Origin: Candidatus Latescibacterota bacterium
Lineage (GTDB): Bacteria; Latescibacterota; UBA2968; UBA8231
Length of the DNA stretch: 64,000 nucleotides
Reading direction: 5' to 3'
Assembly (NCBI GenBank): GCA_964291625.2
Contig: OZ220089.1
Location: 4,256,001 to 4,320,000 of the forward strand
The notes under the pieces are model-generated. The model saw only the letters and a program-made list of their open reading frames with translations, was not told the origin of the DNA and did not search any database. The position numbers and the translations under genes are program-made. This document shows positions 23,073 to 31,997 of this stretch, piece after piece. Numbering within the stretch: the stretch's first letter is position 1; each line of letters opens with the position of its first letter.

Positions 23073-23831
23073 ATGGAAACAGAAGAGTGGACCGGGGAGA
23101 GGCTCGCCCAGGTCAGCGCGGGGCTCGAGACCGCTCATCCCCGGGAGATCATGGCCTGGGCCCTCGACAACTTCCATCCGGACATCGTCCTCGCCTGCAG
23201 CTTCGGCGGCGTCTCCGGCATGGTCCTGCTCGACATGGCCATGAAGAGCGACCGGTCCGTGCCGGTCTTCTACGTGGACACCGGTTTCCTGTTCACGGAG
23301 ACCCACGCCCTCAAGGACGAAGCCGCGCGCCGCTACGGGTTCCTTCCCCTGGCCTTCCGGCCCGACCTGTCCGTCGAGCAGCAGGCCGTCCTGCACGGAC
23401 CGGAGCTGTGGAAGGCCGACCCCGATCTCTGCTGCGAGGTCCGCAAGGTCGGTCCCAACCGGCGCGCTCTCGAAGGCAGGCGCGCATGGATCGCCGGGCT
23501 GCGCCGCGACCAGGGCGAAACCCGCCGCGACGTTGCCATCGTCGCCTGGGACACGAAATTCGACCTCGTCAAGATCAACCCCCTGGCAGCGTGGACCGAG
23601 GACGATGTGTGGAACTACGTCCGCGAGAACGACGTGCCCTACAACAACCTCCACGACCGCGGGTATCCGAGCATCGGCTGCGTCCACTGCACGCGCGCCG
23701 TCAGGCCCGGGGAAGATCCGCGGGCCGGCCGTTGGTCGGGCGGGGACAAGGTGGAGTGCGGCCTCCACACCGGCCCCGAGGGCCGGCCGAGGCAACTCCA
23801 TCACATCGAAGAACTGACGAAAGGAGCGTGA
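23073..23831 (+). CDS. cysH: APS/PAPS reductase (Fe-S type)
   Basis: VDTG, CCEVRK, GLRRDQ, KINPL, YPSIGCVHCT, RAGRW, ECGLH. SD GGAGG. Confidence 0.96.
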   Translation: METEEWTGERLAQVSAGLETAHPREIMAWALDNFHPDIVLACSFGGVSGMVLLDMAMKSDRSVPVFYVDTGFLFTETHALKDEAARRYGFLPLAFRPDLSVEQQAVLHGPELWKADPDLCCEVRKVGPNRRALEGRRAWIAGLRRDQGETRRDVAIVAWDTKFDLVKINPLAAWTEDDVWNYVRENDVPYNNLHDRGYPSIGCVHCTRAVRPGEDPRAGRWSGGDKVECGLHTGPEGRPRQLHHIEELTKGA

Positions 23832-23834
23832 TTC

Positions 23835-24404
23835 TTGGACCACAAGGGAGTGACCATCTGGTTCACCGGGCTGTCAGGCGCGGGCAAGAGCACGATCGCG
23901 GAACGGCTGGTGGCGTTCCTGCGGGAGCGGGGCCTGAAGACCGAGTTGCTCGACGGCGACGTGGTTCGCACGAACCTCAGCAAGGGGCTGGGATTCAGCA
24001 AGGAGGACCGGGACACCAACATCCGCCGCATCGGGTTCGTCAGCCAGCTGCTGACGCGCAACGGCGTCGTCAGCATCGTCTCGGCCATCTCGCCGTATCG
24101 CGAGGTGCGCGACGAGGTGCGCCGCGAGATCGGCAGCTTCATCGAGATTCACGTCCACGCCTCCCTCGACGAGCTGGTGCGGCGTGACGTCAAGGGTCTC
24201 TACGAGAAGGCCCTCAAGGGAGAGATCCCCAACTTCACCGGCGTCTCCGACCCTTACGAGGAGCCGCTGAACCCCGACGTCTTCCTCGACACGGAGCAGG
24301 AGAGCATCGACGAGAGCCTCGCCAAGGTGGTGGACGCCCTGGAGACGCGGGGCCTGATCCCGTCGGGCGCCGCGAGCCAGCCGGTGGAGGAAGCCGCCCG
24401 ATGA
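23835..24404 (+). CDS. cysC: Adenylyl-sulfate kinase
   Basis: WFTGLSGAGKST, LDGDVVR, DVKGLY, FTGVSDPYEEP. Confidence 0.97.
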   Translation: MDHKGVTIWFTGLSGAGKSTIAERLVAFLRERGLKTELLDGDVVRTNLSKGLGFSKEDRDTNIRRIGFVSQLLTRNGVVSIVSAISPYREVRDEVRREIGSFIEIHVHASLDELVRRDVKGLYEKALKGEIPNFTGVSDPYEEPLNPDVFLDTEQESIDESLAKVVDALETRGLIPSGAASQPVEEAAR

Positions 24405-25558
24405 CGATCCCCATCGCACCCCACGGCGGCGAGCTCATCAACCGTCTGGCCTCCACCGCGGAGGCGGAGGAGATCCACGCCCGCGCCGGCGGCCTGCCCC
24501 GCCTCACCCTCTCTCTCCGCGAGTCCGCCGACCTCGACCTCATCGCCGTCGGCGCTATGAGCCCCCTTGCCGGCTTCATGGACCGCGCCGACTACCAGCG
24601 CACCGTGGGCGAGATGCGCCTTGCCGACGGCACCCTCTGGAGCCTGCCCATCACCCTGTCCGCGCCGCCGGAGGCCGCCGCCGCCCTCGGCGCCGGCAGC
24701 GAGGCGGCCCTGCACGACGCCGCGGGACGGCTCGTGGGAGTCATCGCGGTCGACGAGGTCTACCCGTACGACAAGCAGGCCGAGGCGCGGAGCGTCTTCG
24801 GAACGGATGACGAGGACCACCCCGGCGTCGCCTCCGTCTACCGACAGCACGACCTGCTCGTAGGCGGCGCCGTCACCGTCGTCGAGCGCGAGGAGTTGGA
24901 GGAGGTCCTGCGGCCCTACCGGCAGGATCCGTCCGAGACCCGCGCCGCCTTCGCCGAGCGGGAGTGGCGGACGATCGTCGGGTTTCAGACGCGGAACCCG
25001 GTACACCGGGCCCACGAGTACATCCAGAAGGCGGCCCTGGAGATCGTCGACGGCCTGCTGCTGCACCCCCTCGTGGGCGAGACCAAGCCCGACGACATCC
25101 CCGCCGACGTGCGCATGCGCTGCTACGAGGCGCTGCTGGAGGGCTACTATCCGGCCGGCCACGTGCATCTCTCGGTGCTGCCCGCGGCCATGCGCTACGC
25201 CGGCCCCAAGGAGGCGATCTTCCACGCGCTCCTCCGCAAGAACTACGGCTGCACCCACTTCATCGTGGGGCGCGACCACGCCGGCGTCGGGTCGTACTAC
25301 GGCACCTACGAGGCGCAGGACCTGCTGCGCAGCGTGCCGCCCGCCGACCTCGGCATCACCCCCCTGTTCTTCGATCACTCCTTCTACTGCAGGCGCTGCG
25401 AGGGCATGGCCTCCATGAAGACCTGCCCCCACGGGCCGGAGGACCGGGTGATCCTCAGCGGCACGCAGGTGCGCGACATGCTGGCCGCCGGACAGGTGCC
25501 GCCCATGGAGTTCACGCGGCCGGAGGTGGCGCGGATCCTGATCGAGGCCGCGGCGTAG
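24401..25558 (+). CDS. sat: Sulfate adenylyltransferase
   Basis: PHGG.L, FQTRNPVHRAHEY, MRYAGPKEA, FIVGRDHAGVG, SGT.VR. Confidence 0.97.
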   Translation: MTIPIAPHGGELINRLASTAEAEEIHARAGGLPRLTLSLRESADLDLIAVGAMSPLAGFMDRADYQRTVGEMRLADGTLWSLPITLSAPPEAAAALGAGSEAALHDAAGRLVGVIAVDEVYPYDKQAEARSVFGTDDEDHPGVASVYRQHDLLVGGAVTVVEREELEEVLRPYRQDPSETRAAFAEREWRTIVGFQTRNPVHRAHEYIQKAALEIVDGLLLHPLVGETKPDDIPADVRMRCYEALLEGYYPAGHVHLSVLPAAMRYAGPKEAIFHALLRKNYGCTHFIVGRDHAGVGSYYGTYEAQDLLRSVPPADLGITPLFFDHSFYCRRCEGMASMKTCPHGPEDRVILSGTQVRDMLAAGQVPPMEFTRPEVARILIEAAA

Positions 25559-25766
25559 GCGGATCCCCTTCGGATGCAGTGAAGTCAGCGGCCGCGGCCG
25601 GTCCGGGCGGAGCATCGGCGCGGATGCAGGTAGCACACCTGCCGGCGCCGGAAGAGCTGCGGGCGGACTCGCCCCACGGGGGCGACCTGCTACGGGGCGT
25701 GGCGCCGGCCGTGCGCGCCGTGCTTGCGGGCGATCCGGTACGGGGCGTCAGCCCCGCCGCAGTCGG

Positions 25767-27020
25767 CTACTCCACTTCCACCTGCACCCGGCGCCGGTCC
25801 GGGTCGAAGGCGGCCAGGACCGCCCCGTCCTCCACCAGGAGGGTCCCGCTCCGGAAGGCGGCGCGGTTCGGGGCCCGCGCCAGGGGGCGGCCGTCGACCC
25901 GCACCGAGCGCACATCTCCACCGGTCAGGCGCAGGGTCAGCTCAGAGGTCCGCACCGGCAGGTCGAGGCAGACGGTCTTGCCCTCCACCGAGACCTCGGC
26001 CATCTCCCGGGCGCAGGCGTAGGTGGTGATCTGGCTGCAGGTCCGCCACCGGGTGCGCTCGCCCCGGGGATCGCGTTCGGCGAGGCGGCCCACCACCTGC
26101 TGGAAGGCCCGGAAGCCGCGCCGGTCCTCGTCGTGCATCCCGTAGAACCCCTGCCAGTGGCTGATGAGCACCGCCGGCTCTCCCGCGTCGATGAGGGCCG
26201 GCAGGCGGCCGCCCTCGAGGTCGGGGGTGATGTACTTGTCGGCATCGACCTCGCCGTACCCGGTCCAGCTGCCGGTCCAGTCGCCGGTGGAGGCGATGAT
26301 TTCGCCCGTGGCCTGCCCGGCCCGGCGGTCGGGGTGCCACACGGGCGTGTCCACCGTCGCCTCCGAGGAAACCCGCTGAAAGAAGTAGGGCACCGGGTTG
26401 CCGGTGACCTGGCGCACGGCTTCGCCGGCGCAGCGGGCGTAGAAGGGCAGGGTGCGGCCGCCGAAGCCGCCGGGTGAGGTGACCCCCTGGGGTGTCAGGC
26501 CCACGGAGGCGAGGATGCGGCAGGCCCGGGCGATGTACTCGGTGACCAGCTCCTCCTGATCCTCGGGCAGGGCCGCCCAGTCGTACTGCTCCCATATCCC
26601 GGAAGGGAGGGGCTGCAGGGTCTTCGGATCCACGACGAAGGTGTGGGTCAGCATCTCCGGGGTGATGTCGAAGGCGGGGACGATGACCTCGCGGCACATG
26701 GCCAGCCACTCCTCCTGCTGGGCCTTGCTGAAGAGGGGGAGCCCCTCGTCGATGCGCCCCAGGGCGGCCGGGCAGGGCACGACCGAGAACTTGCCGCGCA
26801 CGCCGCTGGCCAGGCACCACTCGGCGAACTCCCGCGTGAAGGAGGTGGGATGGACCACGGGCAGGTCTTCCCAGCGCCGGTCACGGTCCTCTGCCATGGA
26901 GCGGGCGGTCGTGCGGTCGCGGAGGAAGAAGTAGTTGAGGTTCACCAGCACCGTGGAATCGTCGAAGATGATCGACAGGGGCACCCGGTCGAGGGCGTGG
27001 CGGGTGATTTCGGCGAGCAA
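25767..27020 (-). CDS. Hypothetical protein, possible polysaccharide-deacetylase-like fold
   Basis: 417 aa with native codon usage, SD GAGGAG, motifs IIFDD, GKFSVVP, PEMLTH, G.TSPGGFG, SHW. Confidence 0.7.
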   Translation of the reverse strand: MLAEITRHALDRVPLSIIFDDSTVLVNLNYFFLRDRTTARSMAEDRDRRWEDLPVVHPTSFTREFAEWCLASGVRGKFSVVPCPAALGRIDEGLPLFSKAQQEEWLAMCREVIVPAFDITPEMLTHTFVVDPKTLQPLPSGIWEQYDWAALPEDQEELVTEYIARACRILASVGLTPQGVTSPGGFGGRTLPFYARCAGEAVRQVTGNPVPYFFQRVSSEATVDTPVWHPDRRAGQATGEIIASTGDWTGSWTGYGEVDADKYITPDLEGGRLPALIDAGEPAVLISHWQGFYGMHDEDRRGFRAFQQVVGRLAERDPRGERTRWRTCSQITTYACAREMAEVSVEGKTVCLDLPVRTSELTLRLTGGDVRSVRVDGRPLARAPNRAAFRSGTLLVEDGAVLAAFDPDRRRVQVEVE

Positions 27021-27181
27021 GGGGATCTCCTCTCTCTGGTCGGCCCAAGTGGGCCCAGGGGATGTATCCCTGCCTGGGGGTCAGTCCAGACACTGTCCGG
27101 TCCTGCGTATGCGGGACACCGCAGCATGCGCACGACAGTTGGGTGACACCCGCTGGTCCGGGATGGCCCGAGCGGCCCGGG

Positions 27182-27220
27182 TTGCGGATGGTCGACGAAT
27201 GCATATAATTCTTGCATTCG
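27182..27220 (+). promoter_or_regulatory. Promoter with palindromic operator for the XRE/ImmA gene
   Basis: TTGCGG-N16-TATAAT; inverted repeat CGAATGCA-N9-TGCATTCG (27196-27220) brackets the -10. Confidence 0.55.
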
Positions 27221-27273
27221 CTTCTGCGCAAGATCACCATCAAGACTCAGATATGTAAGCAAGGGGGAATCGC

Positions 27274-28380
27274 GTGGCGAGAGACCTGATTGGAGGCAGG
27301 ATCAAGGCGCTGCGGCATGCCCGGGGGCTGTCGCAGGAAGACATGGCGCGCCTGCTGGGATTCAATGACAGGCAGACCATCTCGACGATCGAGATGGGTA
27401 CACGCCGGGTGACGGCGCAGGAACTTCTGCTCGCGGCCGAGAAGCTGGGCGAACCGCTCGCGTACTTCACGGACCCGTTTCGGCTGGAGGGCGAGGGTCG
27501 ATTCTCGTGGCGGCAGACCGGAGTGCCGCCGGAGCGGCTCGTGGAGTACGAGAGGCTCGCAAGTCGATGGATCGGAGCCTATCGCACACTGGCGCCGCAG
27601 GTCGGCCGAGAGACGCGTCTGATGCGCCCGTCGCTGGGCCTGACGCGGGGGTCGCGGTACGAGGAGGCCATCCAGGCAGGCGAGCGCTTCGCCACCGAGC
27701 TTGAGTTGGGGGAGATTCCGGGCGAGCGTCTCGTCGAGGTGATGGAGGGGGCCCTGGGCATCCTGGTGCTCATGGTCAATGCCGGCGAGGGAATCTCCGG
27801 AGCCGCCTGCCGCCTGCCAGAGCTGGACGCGGTGCTCATCGCCCGCCACGAGATTGTGGGACGTCGTCACTTCGACCTGGCGCACGAGTTGTTCCACGTC
27901 CTGACTTGGGAGGCGATGCCGCCCAAGCACATAGAGGAAGCGGTCGAGACGGGCGGCGACCGCGTCGAGCAACTGGCCAACAACTTCGCCGCCGCGGTTC
28001 TGATGCCCTCGGCGGTCGTGGCTCGGTTCGGCCGGTGGGGGAAAACGGACGCGGACTCCCTGGTCGCACGGCTGAACCGGGTCGCGTCGGCACTCAAGGT
28101 GACATCGTCGGCACTCAGGTGGCGGCTCGTAGCGCTTGGGGAGTTGCCGGCCACCACGGCGCGGCAGATTCCCGAGGCGTCGCTCAGGAACAACGGCGGG
28201 ATGGCGGCGGACTCAGCCCCTCCGCCCCTGTTCTCGAAGCCCTTCGCCGAGGTTCTGGGATTGGCACTTGCGCAGGGTCGCGTGTCCGTGCGGCGGGCGG
28301 CCGGGCTGGTAGATGCGCCAGTGGAGGAACTGCCGGGGCTTTTGGCCGCGCACGGCCTCGAGCACAGTGTTGAGCTGTGA
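27274..28380 (+). CDS. XRE-HTH plus ImmA/IrrE metallopeptidase-domain protein
   Basis: N-terminal HTH (LSQEDMARLLG...IEMG.R), FDLAHELFH, EQLANNFAAAVLMP. Confidence 0.92.
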   Translation: MARDLIGGRIKALRHARGLSQEDMARLLGFNDRQTISTIEMGTRRVTAQELLLAAEKLGEPLAYFTDPFRLEGEGRFSWRQTGVPPERLVEYERLASRWIGAYRTLAPQVGRETRLMRPSLGLTRGSRYEEAIQAGERFATELELGEIPGERLVEVMEGALGILVLMVNAGEGISGAACRLPELDAVLIARHEIVGRRHFDLAHELFHVLTWEAMPPKHIEEAVETGGDRVEQLANNFAAAVLMPSAVVARFGRWGKTDADSLVARLNRVASALKVTSSALRWRLVALGELPATTARQIPEASLRNNGGMAADSAPPPLFSKPFAEVLGLALAQGRVSVRRAAGLVDAPVEELPGLLAAHGLEHSVEL

Positions 28381-28565
28381 ACGAAAGCGTCAGGCCGGGT
28401 GCGGTCGTTCTGGTGGACACGAACGTCATCATCGAAGCGCATCGGACCGGCACATGGGCGGCCCTCGCAGGCGCCTATGCCGTTGAGACAGTGGAGGCTG
28501 TGTGACGGAGACGCAGACCGGGTACCAGCGGCGAGCCCGGGAGCGTTGGATCGAGGTCGGGGTGT
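28377..28565 (+). pseudogene. PIN-domain toxin remnant
   Basis: GTGA overlap. VLVDTNVIIEAHR...VETVE, frameshift near 28497, continuing (C)VTETQTGYQRR; 3' end uncertain. Confidence 0.65.
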
Positions 28566-28692
28566 TGACGATGCCGGGGAAGGCGATGGTGCCCGCTTGC
28601 GTGTTGTCCAAGGATGCAGTCGAAGCCCCGGTCTGCGGCGGTAGCTGGGCCGGGAAGCGCGGACCTCAACGTGACGGAGAGCGTCGTTCAGG

Positions 28693-29684
28693 TCACTCGC
28701 CGACCATGGCAGCAGCCAGACGATCCAGGAGTCCGTCATCGGCCGGCATCAACCCCGAGGCCGGCAGACGCCGCAGCAGGTCGACCCAGCGGTGGTTCTG
28801 CGCCTGCGCCCGTTTCAGGTAGGGCACGGCCTCCTCCTCGCGCCCCTCGCCGGCCAGAGTCACACCCACCCAGAACGGGGCCTCCCGCCGGTGGCCTCGT
28901 CGGACACCAGTTCGGTGGCGGCGCGGTAGGCATCCATGGCGGCCTCCAGGTCCCCCGCGGTCACCAGCTCGTCCCCTTCGTTGAGCTTGTGGTAGGCGCG
29001 CGCCAGACGGACCAGGCGCCGCAGCTCTTCAACCGGCTCGGGATGATCGTCCACGCGCAGGTCGAAGACGCGGTCGACCCACGGCCGGCCGGTATCCTCG
29101 GCGGAGACCACGAGGATCGCCGCCGACTGGCGGCCTCGCAGGTCGCCCCCCTCGGCCTCGGCGACTTCCAGGGCCGCGAGCAGCCGCTCGGCCAGATCGC
29201 CCTCGGCGTTCTCGTAGGCCCTGGCCATGGCCGGCCAGACGCTGCCCCGGTCCATCAGGTTCGCCTGAACGCTGTACTGGGCTCCGGCGTGGTGGCCGGC
29301 GGCGGCGATGGCGCGCTCACCCGTGTGCACCGCGACGTTCCCTTCGGCATCGACCATGGCCACTTGCCGCACCGCGGCGTCGGCATCCCCGGCGAGCAGG
29401 GCGGTGAGCGCCTCCCGGGCCGTCTTGCCCATGGCCATCAGTTCGAGGCCGAGGGGACCGTAGGCCGGGTCGACGAGGGACTGGGTGGCCACGGCGCCGA
29501 CGCCGGGACGGGCCCACGGAACGATGGGACCCACGGAGAACCAGTGGGACTGCACCGCCACCCCGAGTTGGCCGCTGACGGAGTCGCGGGCGACGATGGA
29601 GTAGGTAGCCACGGGCCGCCGCCAGTCCGGTGCGGCCGCCGCGGCCAGCTGTGCCGTGGTGAGAATCAGGATGATCGCGCCCAT
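28693..29684 (-). pseudogene. DUF1028 (Ntn-hydrolase-like) secreted protein with TPR tail; 1-nt frameshift at 28884-28886
   Basis: TYSIVARD, GAVATQS, GGDLRGRQSAA, DLRVDDH. Adding one G restores EAPFWVGVTL...RWVDLLRRLPASGLMP to a stop at 28693. May be a sequencing error. Confidence 0.8.
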
Positions 29685-29707
29685 CGTTCCTCCTCGGGGG
29701 GGCATTT

Positions 29708-30517
29708 TCAGAAGATCTCCAGAACCGGCCGGCCTTCCCAGTCTTCGGCCAATGGCAGATCCAGGACGTGGGCGAGTGTCGGCGCCGTATCGATGATGCT
29801 CACCGGCTGCTCGATCTCGCCGGTCTTGCGGATCTTCGCTCCCGCCGCGATCCACGGGATCGTCAGGTCCTCGGGCATGTCGGTTCCGTGGCTCTGCCCG
29901 TGCCCGCCGTGGTCGCTCTGGAGGAGGATGAAGTAGCGGTCCAGGAGACCCGCTCTCTCCAGTTCCTCCAACAGGATCCCGATCGCCCGGTCCGCGGCGC
30001 CGATCTGCTCGATGTACTCGGCGGACATCCAGCCATGCCGGTGTCCCACGATGTCCACGATCCCCAGGTAGACGAAGCAGAAGTCCGGCTCCTCCGCCGC
30101 CAGGTGCTCCGCCGCGACGCGCCCCATCGTCAGGTCGCCCTCCGGCTCGTCGAGGTTGGCCCGGTAGTAGGAGAAGTCCAGGGAGCCCGGCCCCGCCAGG
30201 TCCCGGAGCTGCTCCCAGTTGTAGACGAAGGCCGTCTTGCGGCTCTCGGCGTGGGCGGCCTCGGCGATGCTCGGAACGGGCCGCACCATGGGCACCCACG
30301 TGTTGGTGGTGATGCCGTGCCGCGACGGCGTCACGCCGCGGAACATCGAGGTGTGGCACGGCAGGGTGGAGGAGGGGACGACGCTCTGCGCGTTGAGAGT
30401 GTAGGCCCCCCGTGCCATCAGGCTGTCGATGGCCGGCGTCTCCGCCTGCTCGATGCCGTCGGGGCGGCAGCCGTCGATGACGATGAGGATGGTGCCGCAA
30501 CCACTGGGACTCTGCAT
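29708..30517 (-). CDS. Alkaline-phosphatase-superfamily (nucleotide pyrophosphatase-like) protein
   Basis: IDGCRPD, PSSTLPCH.SMF.G, D..GH.HG, SDHGG..HG. SD GAGGAG. Confidence 0.9.
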   Translation of the reverse strand: MQSPSGCGTILIVIDGCRPDGIEQAETPAIDSLMARGAYTLNAQSVVPSSTLPCHTSMFRGVTPSRHGITTNTWVPMVRPVPSIAEAAHAESRKTAFVYNWEQLRDLAGPGSLDFSYYRANLDEPEGDLTMGRVAAEHLAAEEPDFCFVYLGIVDIVGHRHGWMSAEYIEQIGAADRAIGILLEELERAGLLDRYFILLQSDHGGHGQSHGTDMPEDLTIPWIAAGAKIRKTGEIEQPVSIIDTAPTLAHVLDLPLAEDWEGRPVLEIF

Positions 30518-30826
30518 GGGATGTCTCCTCCGCGTGTGATCCTGCAAGTAGAGCCAGGTTCCGAACTCGCTGCCAAACATAAGCTCTTCCGCGGTGCTTC
30601 CCGTGGGCCGCCGCGGTAGAGGTCGTCGAAGCGGTCGAGGATCTCGCGAGGGGTCGACTCGCCCGGAGCCGGGGCGGCGGGGATGGTCTTCATGCCGGGG
30701 TCGGTGCGGAAGCGCGGTTCCGGACCAATATACGGGACGGATGGATCAGGACCCCGACCTTACGGAAGGTAGCCGTCGAGGCGGTTATCTTTGCGGGGGC
30801 CACCGGGCGGGTGGTCCGGGTCGCGG

Positions 30827-31696
30827 ATGGAGCCCCTCGTCAACAGGGAGTTGCAGTTGGAAAGCGCAGCCAGGCAGTCGAGCCGGCCGATCTGGGAAGC
30901 CGAAGTGCTCCAGTACCGCCGGACCTTCGTGTCAGCAGCCCTGGGCGGAGACGGCGCCGTCCGGACCTTCGCGCGCAACGAGCGGGGCCGGGACTTCGTC
31001 GTCGGCGACATCCACGGGATGTACTCCGCCCTCGAACGCTTCCTCGAGGAGCTCTCCTTCGACCCGGGCACGGACCGGCTGTTCTCGGTGGGTGACCTGA
31101 TCGACCGCGGCCCCGAATCGGAGGCAGCGTTCCAATGGGTGACCGGGCGCGAATGGTTCCACGCCATCCGCGGCAACCATGACCAGTTCCTGCTGGACGC
31201 GGCGGCCGATCCGGCGGGGGAACGGGGGGAGGAGTGCAGCGTGTGGGACTACAACGGCGGAGGGTGGTGGAACGCGGTTCCGGCGTCGGCTCGGGGCGCT
31301 TACGTGGGGGCCTTCTCCAGGCTGCCCTTTGCCGCCGAGGTGGACTGCGAGATCGGGCCTGTCGGCATCGTCCACGCCGATGTCCCCGAGGACCGCACGT
31401 GGGAGGAGTTTCTCTCCGCCCTGCGGGACGGCAGCCGCGAGGACAGCTACCACGCCATCTGGTCCCGCCGCCGCATGGAGCGGTACGTCTACGGCGGCTC
31501 CGCTGAAGCGCCTGCCGTGGAAGGGCGGGTGGCGTGCGTCATCTGCGGCCACGCCCGCGGGCGCCGGGCGGAGAGGCTGGCCAATCTGTGGATGATCGAC
31601 ACCGGGGCGGCCTACACCCGGGCGATGCCGGGCTCCCGCTTCACCATCGCCCGGATCCACCCGGGGCCGGTGGAGCTGTTCGAGCATCCCACGTAA
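30827..31696 (+). CDS. PphA/lambda-type Ser/Thr metallophosphoesterase
   Basis: GDIHG, GDLIDRG, RGNHD, HAD, GH, IDTGA. Start uncertain (GTG 30929 possible). Confidence 0.88.
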   Translation: MEPLVNRELQLESAARQSSRPIWEAEVLQYRRTFVSAALGGDGAVRTFARNERGRDFVVGDIHGMYSALERFLEELSFDPGTDRLFSVGDLIDRGPESEAAFQWVTGREWFHAIRGNHDQFLLDAAADPAGERGEECSVWDYNGGGWWNAVPASARGAYVGAFSRLPFAAEVDCEIGPVGIVHADVPEDRTWEEFLSALRDGSREDSYHAIWSRRRMERYVYGGSAEAPAVEGRVACVICGHARGRRAERLANLWMIDTGAAYTRAMPGSRFTIARIHPGPVELFEHPT

Positions 31697-31735
31697 CTGG
31701 ATGGACCGCTTGACCCGGTCCCGGGAGGCCATCGA

Positions 31736-31978
31736 ATGAGCAGGAAACCAGACTACAGAGGCACTGCCAAGGTGTTCTGGAGTGGTGGCAGCCAGGCCGT
31801 GCGCCTGCCCGCCCCATGCCGGTTCGAGACTTCCGAAGTCGAGATCGTCAAGGTGGGCGACGAGGTGACCCTGCGGCCGCTCCGCAAGAACTGGCGCGCC
31901 TGGTTCGATTCCGGCTCCCGCGGCTCCCTGTCCCCGCGGGACCAGCCCGACCCCGAGGAGCGGGACCGCATCCGATGA
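31736..31978 (+). CDS. vapB: VapB-like AbrB-fold antitoxin (orphan)
   Basis: AKVFWSGGSQAVRLP...RF...EV.I.K.G..V.L.P....W..WF...RDQP. Confidence 0.85.
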   Translation: MSRKPDYRGTAKVFWSGGSQAVRLPAPCRFETSEVEIVKVGDEVTLRPLRKNWRAWFDSGSRGSLSPRDQPDPEERDRIR

Positions 31979-31997
31979 TGCTCATGCGGGTCCGCGG

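Noticed and set aside
25559-25766. Hairpins and a TACGGGGCGT duplicate between sat and the convergent gene
   Set aside because: Short GC-rich stems expected by chance or acting as terminators; no regular repeat-spacer pattern.
28860-30500. 546-aa ORF as an extended DUF1028 protein
   Set aside because: The N-terminal part is the off-frame of the phosphatase gene; the real start is 29684.
30418-30693. 91-aa minus-strand ORF
   Set aside because: No recognisable motif and it overlaps the phosphatase start; at best a remnant.
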